Shown piece after piece: positions 1 through 9,011 of a stretch of DNA of 64,000 bases. The notes beneath the pieces are model-generated. The model was not told where the DNA came from. It did no database searches and saw nothing but the letters and a program-made list of their open reading frames with translations. The first letter of the stretch is position 1. Each line of letters begins with the position of its first letter. Both the position numbers and the translations under genes were made by a program. This DNA is from Podarcis erhardii (Eukaryota). The DNA lies in the NCBI GenBank assembly GCA_964252035.1, contig OZ176209.1; one strand, written 5' to 3'.

Positions 1-581
1 ACTCAGGCTTTGTTGCTGATGCCGAAGGGCCCCCGTAACAGTTCAAGCTTCAGGGTCCCCAAAATGTAGATCTTTCCACTGCAAGTAGTCAGTTCCTATG
101 TGGGCTAGTGGGAGCTGGATAGTGGACTTTCTTTCTAGTAAAGCTTCCTTCTTAGGTATTTAGCTGCAGTTACTAAAGATTGGTGCTGTACTAGCCCAGC
201 TCAGCCCGCTATATTTCACGCAGTCACTGTCGTTAGTAAAAAGTCTTCCTGTTTCCCCCATATGAGCCACCTAGTAATGTCTTGGCCAGCTGGTTTGATT
301 CTAACCATGAACTAACTGCAAGTGGTTTCCCACTTGTTTGTGTGTTTTGACTTTCTAGCAGTAAACAGCCTGTCAGACTGATAGCTACATAATCCGACCA
401 TTGGCTGAAGGGTGGCCATATTCATGCTTCTAGGGCATCCTCATACACTGAGTCTCCCACACCACCTAGTGGCTGCCAGTAATCTTCGTTTTTGGGTCAA
501 CATCTTTCCACTTCTTTTTTCCACACCTCATTTGTTTCCTTCACCTGATTTTCTCACTCAGCCTCTTTTTCCCCATCTCAG

Positions 582-699
582 CTCACAAGCACAAGAAGCA
601 CGACATGCTACAGCCATGTGACACAGAATACCCAGTGTTTGTATATGAACCTGCCATCAAAGAGACCAATGGGATTATTGAATGCGGAGACTGTCAGAA
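582..699 (+). CDS. CACNA2D4: Voltage-gated calcium channel alpha2delta-4 subunit, internal coding exon (4th from last)
   Basis: AG acceptor at 580-581, GT donor at 700-701 (GTAAGA). Translates [39 protein letters not shown], matching the recalled CACNA2D4 motif [18 protein letters not shown]. Phase joins the next exon. Upstream exons lie outside the window. Confidence 0.93.
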
Positions 700-1089
700 G
701 TAAGAAATGTGCTCTCTTTCTTCCTTTTCTCCTACCTGTGCCTCTCAATTGTCTCTGGTTAGTCTGATCTCCAAGCAAACTAACTGTCCCTTGTTATCCT
801 TGCAATGCCTCTTATTTTCCACAATTTCTTCTGAATTGCCTGCAACCATGAACTATTCCAACCTCAATTCAAGTGTCCGTTAGTAACAATAGTAGTGACA
901 ATTGCTTAGGACCCAGGTCCCTCACAGACCACTTCCTTCTGCATGAACCTGCCAGGTACAAAGGTCTGCCTTGAACACACTCTTTGCCTAGTGCACGGGT
1001 GGGGGACCTCAGACCCAGAACCACATTTTGCCCTCCAAGTCTCTCTGTCTGGTCCTTAGAACTCTCCTCAGCCACACTCTTCACTGGAA

Positions 1090-1863
1090 ACCAGGCCTTG
1101 TAAGGGTCTGGAAACCAACCTTATGAGGAATGGTTGAGGGAGCTGGGTATGTTTAGCCTGGGAAAAAGGAGACTGAGAGAAGAGATGATAGCCATCTTCA
1201 AATATCTAAAGGAATATTGGAAGTTGTAGCAAACTTGTTTGCTCTGGAGGGTAGAACCCAAACCAATGGATTCAAATTACAAGAGATTCCATCTAAATAT
1301 CAGGAAGAACTTTCTGGCAGTAAGAGCTGCTTGACAGTAGAATGGACTCCTTTGGAAGGTGGTGAACTCTCCTTCCTCAGAGGTTTTTAAACAGAGGACA
1401 CGAGTGACGCTGTGGTGTAAACCACTGAGTCTTGGGCTTGCCGATCAGAAGGTTGGTGATTCGAATCCCCATGATGGGGTGAGCTCCCGTTGTTCGGTCC
1501 CAGCTACTGCCAACCTAGCAGTTCGAAAGCACGTCAGAGTGCAAGTAGATAAATAGGTACTGCTCTGGCGGGAAGGTAAGCGGCGTTTCCGTGCGCTGCT
1601 CTGGTTCACCAGAAGCGGCTTAGTCATGCTAGCCACATGACCCGGAAAAACTATCTTAGCAAACAAACATCGGCTCCCTCGGCCAGTAAAGCGAGATGAG
1701 CGCCACAACCAGCACCCAACTGGACTTAACTGTCAGGGGTCCTTTACCTTTATCTAGATGATCATCTGCCATGGATGCTTTAGCTGAGATTCCTGCATTG
1801 CAGGGGGTTGGACTAGATGACCCTTGAGGTCCCTTCCAACTCTACAATTCTGTGGTTCTGTGA
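1090..1863 (+). mobile_element. CR1 LINE 3' fragment (5'-truncated), interrupted by a Sauria SINE
   Basis: Typical CR1 3' sequence (GGAGCTGGGTATGTTTAGCCTGG...GGACTAGATGACCCTTGAGGTCCCTTCCAACTCTAC) ending in the ATTCTGTG-type 8-mer tail at 1847-1862. 5' boundary approximate. Confidence 0.85.
1396..1752 (+). mobile_element. Sauria SINE, full length, nested in CR1
   Basis: tRNA-like head with B-box-like GATTCGAATCC, conserved body (GCAAGTAGATAAATAGGTAC, GGCTTAGTCATGCT) and ACCTTT tail. Near-identical to copies at 5677, 29512 and 49980. Confidence 0.88.
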
Positions 1864-3067
1864 ATTCCCTTTAGAAAGATAGGCAAAACTGACAATGATC
1901 ATGTTTTTTTTCTGCTTTTTTCTTTATAGGTTAGGGCATTTGCTTCAGTGTAGAACATTCCTGTTCCAAATAATTCATATCCATAAGGGCCCACAGATAA
2001 GTTAATTCTGTTCAACATCCATTTCTTTTCAAGGCAATCTTCTTTTCACACAAAGCTCTCCATAGAGTGTTTTCCCATGTGAGATTGTCCCTCATTTAGA
2101 GAACTTACATCACTCATTCTAAACTGCATGCAAGGGCTGAGAGGCATGTTTACCTGTAAGAACTCTACTTTGCCAACATTAAACAACTCAGTGTGCCTAA
2201 ACACTGAATACTGGCACCAGAATATCTGAGCATTTGATGCTGTTTCCAAAAAACAGACAGACTCAAGTCTGGCTATAGTGAGTTTGAGAACTGTCAGCCC
2301 TGCCTTAGGCATTATCTTTTCTCCTCTCTCATTTATACTGTCAAGCAGTGCTATTTTTCTAGAAAAAGAGGTGCCAGAACTCACCATGAATTCCTTCCTT
2401 GTTCTCTTATAATGGCAAGGGTACCCACCTGAGCAGTGCTGAAACTAAGTTCTGGTGAGTTCCAGCTGAAATAAGCCCTTCTGTCAGGGCATTGGTTGCA
2501 GGTACACCATACTAGGAGCAAATTAGATTTGAATACTTTGTCTTGTGCAAATAAGCTCAGCCTTGCTCTTAGCAACACATGTCTCTCCTGTGTAGCTACT
2601 AATACCAGATAGTTTCTGAAGCAATTCCTATGATGGTTGGTATAAGCATAATGGGTAAATCACATGGGACAATTTCTTAGCTCAGCATGAACTCAGCAAG
2701 TGATCTCCAGAAAATTGTTCTCTCTCTCTCCCTCCCCTCTTGCCCCCTAACTGATCTAACTTACATGATTATTGTAAGGAAGCTAAGGACTAATTCAGAC
2801 ATTAGTATTTTCATGTAATGTTCACAGCTCTAATATCTAAAAGCTTCTTATTGCAGCATCCCACACTTACACCATTGGGAATTATGGTGCTGGGAGTTGG
2901 ATGCTTCATTCCCTTGGGTGGTTGAAGCAGGTAGGAAGCTTCCAGATCAGGAGTTCCTGAAGTATGGTCTGTGGACCACAATTGGTTCTCAAGGTGTCTG
3001 TGAATTTGTGGCTGAAGATGGGAAATCATACATCCTTTGCATTTAGTTTTGTGTCAGTTTTTAATTG

Positions 3068-3191
3068 CAGTGGCGTAGCGTGGGGGGTGCAGGGGGGGCG
3101 GCCGCACCGGGCGCAACATCTGGGGGTTAGGGTTAGGGTGCGCAAATTACTTGCCTTGCCCCGGGTGCTGACAACCCACGCTACACCACTG
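3068..3191. mobile_element. hAT-type MITE (124 bp) containing GGGTTAGGGTTAGGG
   Basis: TIRs CAGTGGCGTAGCGTGGG / CCCACGCTACACCACTG; perfect 8-bp TSD TTTAATTG at 3060-3067 and 3192-3199 (8-bp TSDs are typical of hAT). Confidence 0.85.
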
Positions 3192-4256
3192 TTTAATTGC
3201 ATTGTTATCACTTTCTTTCTTTTCTTAATATTGTATTTTATTATATTACAAATTGAATTCTGTGGAATTGCAACTGCTACAGCAGGTAGAAATATCATTA
3301 AGTGGTTCCCCAAGCAAATTTCAAGTGGACCGGGGGTGTGGAGTTTGAGAACTACTGTTCTAGATGTTGCCACTTCTGTAGGGAGTGTTGCTGAAGGAAA
3401 AGCTTATCACTCAAATGTAACATTTGGACCAGCCCTAGGATTATGCCCATGAAGCATGTATTCCTATTCTTATTCTTATGCGGCTTTTAAATGATTCCAT
3501 TAACTCAGACATGGTACCCAGCTGGGTACAGCTGGCAGGATTCTGTTTGCAGAGATGGCCATTTGAATAAAGCCTCCACAAGCCCACAGGAGGTGATCTA
3601 AGAACTAAAACTCAGGTGCTAAATATTAAGATGGAACTTTTCAGTTTTAGCTAAGTACACACCACTCATAGTCCCCAGCAGAGGGCAGTAGAGGACTATT
3701 GGTTTTTCTGGCTGTAGGCATGCTTAGAGTGCATTTTCCATATTACTTGCACATGAACACTTTATGTTGTCAGAAAATAATTAATAGTAACTATGAAAAT
3801 GACACATATACAATAAATGAGAATTCAAGCCTGCGGTCCAAAATACAGCACCATATTCATAGCTAGAGAAGGGAGCAGACACAGAATGTTGTAGCCCCAG
3901 TGTCATGTGAGCAGAGTCTGTCCACGTCACCAGCTGATCCCTCAGTATTGGGCCACACATGGGACTTTATAGTCATTCTTTGAATGTGGCTCCCATGCAT
4001 AGCTGTATAGGGTTTAATACGTACACTTTAATACACAGGTCAGTCCTGTACATACATTTACACTGGCTTGAACACACACTCTGAAACTGCAATCCTGCTT
4101 TGGCACACATAACTGTGGTGTACTTAAGTCAATGTGCTTCAATACATACATAATTAGTTCTTCGGCAGGCCCTTCCATGCATGAGCACTATGCTCATAAT
4201 GCAGAGTACATTGAAGATGAACACTCAGAAACTTACAACCTCTGAATTGTGCATGG

Positions 4257-4283
4257 ACACACACACACACACACACACACACA
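4257..4283. repeat. (AC)n microsatellite
   Basis: Directly visible dinucleotide run. Confidence 0.95.
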
Positions 4284-4596
4284 ATGTATGTAGATGATGC
4301 ATTCCCATCCAGAGTCAAGTATCATATCAATCCATTTACACAAGAGCTGCACTACAGTATTAACAGATTAGTCCACAGTACACAAGGATTTGTCCCTGCT
4401 TTATAACCCACAGCTCAAGTTTCTCAACCATTCTGCCTCCAATGCAATAAAATTGTATTTGTGTAATTGAAAGTGGCAGTCTTCAACTCAGTTCTGAATA
4501 TTCCCTAACAGTATTCCCATTTTCCCTAAATACATTTTCCTCTGCCCCCTTCCCATTTGCTTTAATTCTTGCTGTTTCCTATTGCTTGAACCATGT

Positions 4597-4739
4597 NNNN
4601 NNNNNNNNNNNNNNNNNNNNNNNNNNNNNNNNNNNNNNNNNNNNNNNNNNNNNNNNNNNNNNNNNNNNNNNNNNNNNNNNNNNNNNNNNNNNNNNNNNNN
4701 NNNNNNNNNNNNNNNNNNNNNNNNNNNNNNNNNNNNNNN
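4597..4739. other. Assembly gap (143 N)
   Basis: Run of N. Confidence 1.
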
Positions 4740-4740
4740 T

Positions 4741-4853
4741 ATTTTTTTTTAGAAAAAGAAGTGTTGGAACTCACCTCGTTATCTTAGAATGGCAATGGCA
4801 CCTACCTGAGAAGTGCCGGAACTGAGTTCCTGCTGGAAAAAGACACCTCTGGA
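4741..4853. mobile_element. Probable DNA-transposon (MITE) remnant next to the gap
   Basis: GGAACTGAGTTCC-type internal palindrome and ...GGAAAAAGACACCTCTG end resemble lizard non-autonomous elements. The other end is probably lost in the gap. Confidence 0.4.
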
Positions 4854-4931
4854 AGGGGCAAGGGGAGTATTCTGTAACCTTCTGTTCTGACCATAGTCTC
4901 TTGGGGTGGGGGGATCTTCTCGCCCTTACAG

Positions 4932-5044
4932 GATGTTTGTGGTGCAGCAAATTACCAACAGCAATCTCCTGCTCCTGGTTGTGGATGCTGTATGTGACTG
5001 CAGCAACTTTCCACCTGTCCTACTGCAACCTAAAGAAGTCAAAT
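4932..5044 (+). CDS. CACNA2D4: CACNA2D4 coding exon (3rd from last)
   Basis: AG at 4930-4931. Translates [37 protein letters not shown](Y), matching recalled human [38 protein letters not shown]. Ends at an AT (U12) donor. Confidence 0.94.
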
Positions 5045-6296
5045 ATATCTTTCTTCTGGTAGAGGTTGTACTGGGTTGTACTTCTTCCCATGTGGGCACG
5101 TGTTTGCTTTTTATAGTTGCAGGGACTCATGTTCTGGACCAGAACCATGGCATAGATGCACAGGACACCAACAGGCTTCAGGGAGATTTACATTGGGGCA
5201 GTGGAGTGTATGTTTGTGGGGGAAAGAGTGGTTATTTAAAAAACTTGCAAGGAAGAACTTCATTTAAAGACATACACATGAAACTATGAAGACACATTTA
5301 ATATAACAGTAATTTTTTCCTTCAGTAGACAAATTTTAGCTCTGCAGCAACAGTGCTGGAAAAAATATGTAGATTGTAGCCCTAATTTTACTCAAGGTGG
5401 TTGTGACTAACTTATGTCCCATTGCTTCCAGTAGGTCTTACCCCTGGCTAACTGCTCCTGGAGTGGAGCTTGCTCATTAAGTGTGATCACTAGCCTTGAA
5501 AGCTGCTGCTTGGTTCTGCAGCCACCCATGATGGCTCCATTCCAACTAAAATCATGTTGAAATCAATGGGAAAATTAACTCCCACTAGTTTCAATAGAAT
5601 TTAAGCAGTGTTCAGATTAAACTATGTTCAAAAATCCTAGCTGATCTTAACTGAGCCCACCTACTTACCAGGTGTAGGGACGCGGGTGGCGCTGTGGGTT
5701 AAACTACAGAGCCTAGGACTTGCCGATCAGAAGGTTGGTGGTTCAAATCCCCACAACAGGGTGAGTTCCCGTTGCTCGGTCCCTACTCCTGCCAACCTAG
5801 CAGTTAGAAAGCACGTCAACATGCAAGTAGATAAATAGGTACTGCTCTGGCGGGAAGGTAAACTGCGTTTCCGTGTGCTGCTCTGGTTCGCCAGAAGCGG
5901 CTTAGTCATGCTGGCCACATGAACCAGAAGTTGCACGCCGGCTCCCTCAGCCGATAAAGCTAGACAAGCGCCGCAACCCGAATTGGCCACGACTGGACCT
6001 AATGGTCAGGGGTCCCTTTACCGTTACCTTTACTTACCAGGTGTAGCATAAGTATTTTGAGACATGTCCTGCCTCTGACAGCACCCTTTATGCTAGAATG
6101 AGTGCATGGCATTCCATGTGAGTAGAGGCCTTGCAGTAGCTTCATAATCAAGGGCACCTCTATGGGAATACATCTTATGACTTGTACAGCCTAGTTGTAA
6201 ACTGGAATTGTGGGACAACACAGCTCCTCCATAAATGGGATTGTTTCTGATTTTCACCATTTCCCCAAACTGCTATTAACCTTAACAGCACTGCAC
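5045..6296 (+). other. CACNA2D4: U12-type (minor spliceosome) AT-AC intron of CACNA2D4
   Basis: 5' end ATATCTTTC, branch point CCTTAAC at 6280-6286, 3' end ...CTGCAC at 6296. These boundaries restore T|AT = Tyr and the conserved EVKYNASVKC peptide. Confidence 0.92.
5677..6030 (+). mobile_element. Sauria SINE, full length, with TSD
   Basis: Head GGGACGCGGGTGGCGCTGTGG, B box GGTTCAAATCC, tail CCTTTACCGTTACCTT. Flanked by direct repeat TACTTACCAGGTGTA(G) at 5662-5677 and 6031-6046. Confidence 0.92.
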
Positions 6297-6379
6297 ATAA
6301 TGCGTCAGTGAAATGTGACAGGATGCGCTCCCAGAAGCTGAGGCGGCGACCAGATACCTGCCATGCATTCCATCCTGAG
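6297..6379 (+). CDS. CACNA2D4: CACNA2D4 penultimate coding exon
   Basis: Translates (Y)[27 protein letters not shown], near-identical to the recalled human sequence. Donor GTAAGG at 6380. Confidence 0.96.
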
Positions 6380-6874
6380 GTAAGGTGGGTTGAGGAATTG
6401 TTGCATTTGACAAAGTAGGTTCTGCCCCACAGCAGCCATGATAATGTGCTGGCCTAAATAAAATAAGCTGGGTTTTGAAATGTCAGTCCATAGATTCATT
6501 TTTAACCACCACAAGGCTGCCTCACTTGTTTGCCTATGTGGAGGCCCTAAAAATAGGGCCCAGTGCCCCCACCTGTCCATCAGTGTGTGTTTGATGTGAT
6601 GTATGCAGCAAGCCTGTGCACACGTTATACATATAGCCAAGTGCATTGGGTTCCTTGCCGTGTGGTAGGCACTCATGAGCACGCATATTCTGCACGGACA
6701 CAGTTTATCCTGCCAGCCCTATGAATGGATCCATTGTTATCGGGAGGTGGATTTGGCCATCCCCATTGCAAAAAAAGTTTCAATCATTTGGCCCAAGTTA
6801 AAATGAAGCTAGGCTTTAATTTTTGCTGCCCTCTAAATTCTACTTGCTGACCACATACTTGCTTTGTTTTTCAG

Positions 6875-6970
6875 GAAAACGCCCAGGACTGTGGAGGAGC
6901 GGCAGAGATTTCTGCCTCATTAGCCCTGCTCTTCCTTCCTCTGGGAACCACAGCTCTTCTCTTGCGGTGA
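6875..6970 (+). CDS. CACNA2D4: CACNA2D4 last coding exon (GPI-anchor signal region of the delta subunit)
   Basis: Polypyrimidine tract plus CAG at 6872-6874. Translates ENAQDCGGAAEISASLALLFLPLGTTALLLR* with TGA at 6968-6970. ENAQDCGG is conserved and followed by a hydrophobic tail. Confidence 0.94.
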   Translation, partial: ENAQDCGGAAEISASLALLFLPLGTTALLLR

Positions 6971-7759
6971 CAAGGCCCATCAAAGTCCTTATTTTGGACC
7001 AGAAAGGCAAATGCTCTATTTTGAGGACCATGCTACTTGGGCACTTAAGACAACTGCTGCATGCCAGAGCATGTGGACAATGCCACAGAGGCTCAGGAAC
7101 TTCTTCGGCTGCATCCTCCAAGGAACTTGCTAGCTGTGTTGTGTTTGGAAGTGTGGCTTCCCTTCTTCAAGGAGCTTGCAACTGAGGGTGGGGCACCTAT
7201 GGCTATGGACCAACAGGCTCACCAAGCTGTGTGATCTCACAGCTTACCCTCCCTGCCTTAGCAGCATGGAAAAGTTTACACTGGTGGGGGAAAGGCCTGG
7301 AACAGTGGATAGCATTTGCCAAATGGATGGACTTAACCTGTAACTTACCCTAGCTGCAGAATGGGAACAGTCAGTACTATCTGCTAAAGAGAAGCATCTC
7401 ATAATCCCCTTTTAACTTAACAGACACCTGGGCAGTTCTGCAGGAGAGGCAGGAATATCACCTTCTTAAAGAAGATAATGGTCATCAACAGAGATTCATT
7501 TCTATTGTCAAGAAACTGGAGAACAATATTGCCAAGCCAGGCTTTGGCAGGGATTCCTGTATCCGGCAAGGAGTTCCTGCAACTCTGCCTACTGCAGACA
7601 TTTAAGCTCTTCTAAGGCTACACAGAGAGCTTTCGTCTAAAATAGCTGATTCAGACAATGATTAGATTTATCAGCTTAATGTGAAAATAGCTCCATGTGT
7701 TCTATTTCAAGAGGCATGATGCATTATGGGACGTGGTTGCAGGTTGAGAATTTCATCTG

Positions 7760-7830
7760 AAAACTTGGATGGCTACTACCAGCCAGTATAGACAGTACTG
7801 AGCTAAAAGGAATAATGTTTCTACCTATGT
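7760..7830 (+). mobile_element. Degenerate 3' part of a Squam3-like SINE
   Basis: CCAGCCAGTATAGACAGTACTGAGCTA...CCTATGTT resembles the 3' end of the copies at 44862 and 58930. Confidence 0.5.
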
Positions 7831-9005
7831 TTCTGTGTTATTAAGGCAAACTTAAACTCTAGCCTTAGAAATATTCCTTCTGTCCACACCTCTCAAGTTC
7901 CCTCAGCTTCACATCGCTGGACAAGGAGTTTAGCCATAACTCCCTTGCATAGGTTACAAAATTACATAGGTTACAAAATTAAACATGGCGAGGCTAAGTG
8001 TGCACATTAGCTTTGTTAGACGCAAATGTTTAAAAGCAGACACTTTTGGGAAGTCTACAGATGCACAGGAAATATGACTGTCACCTTCCAGTTCCTACTG
8101 TATGCTGCAATATTATTTTGCCAGACATGCTGACGGCTTCATGGATGCACCAGCTGTATAATACAATCTTTATCAGTTTTCAGGGAAGAAAGTAACCCCT
8201 CAGAGCTGTGCTAATACAATGTGAAATTTCTCTCAACTTTTGAAAGCCATTTTGCCTTATGAACGAAACTATGGGCAAAATTTTCACCACACCAAGTTTT
8301 TGTTTCTAGATCCCAGTAGTTTACGTGCCAGGCGTGGGCTGATGGTTGGATAGCCAAGACCTTAAGACCTCAGAAATTGAGAAAGGAAGGAAGCCATATT
8401 ACAGGACTGCTGGTATGTATTTCCTTGACATGACTAGCATTTCAATAAGAAAGTCCTACTCTCAAATCCCTAAGGGAGATTTGTGACAGTACAGAAGTTG
8501 TTGAACTTTTGCTTTTGTTTTTGTAAAATGTGTTTGACATTTGGCCTCTTTTTAAAATATGACATTTTCATTATATTTTTGTTTCATGTCTTTCTTGGTT
8601 GTCATACACAATATGCCACAAAATCCCATCACAGGTCATACTGGAATTATGCTGAAAATGGACCCACACTTACATTCACAAGTAAATGTGCTTAGATGTA
8701 TTTACAATATTCCAGTATAGTGTAAGAGCTTCACATTGTCAAACTGACCTTAATATATGAGCACAGGGTGTGTTGAGAAAAAAGTGTAAAAAAAAACCCC
8801 AAACATCGGGAAGGGTTATGGTTCTCTACTCTTGGTTCAAAAACATGGAAGAACAGCTTTCACCATTAAATGTAACACAAACCAATTTCTATATTTCCAG
8901 GCCACATTCCCATCCATACTTTTCTATACATCTATCCAGTTCTTATATGATCATGAATGAGACCAAAAAGACAACACCCATCAAGCCTCCACTGCATTTG
9001 CTCTT

Positions 9006-9011
9006 TTTATT
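9006..9011 (-). terminator. ADIPOR2: Candidate ADIPOR2 polyadenylation signal (AATAAA on -)
   Basis: AATAAA about 2.35 kb past the stop codon, followed on - by a GU/U-rich element (GGGTGTTGTCTTTTTGG, about 8963-8980). No transcript data. Confidence 0.45.

Noticed and set aside
1396-1480. tRNA gene calls at SINE heads (also 5677, 44862, 50341, 58930)
   Set aside because: A/B boxes are present but continue into SINE bodies; no complete cloverleaf.
1445-1708. Mutually similar ORFs at 1445, 5727, 29563 and 50014 (HVASMTKPLL...) as a gene family
   Set aside because: All are chance translations of Sauria SINE copies.
4562-4825. ORFs spanning N runs (also 55985-56230)
   Set aside because: Artefacts of assembly gaps.
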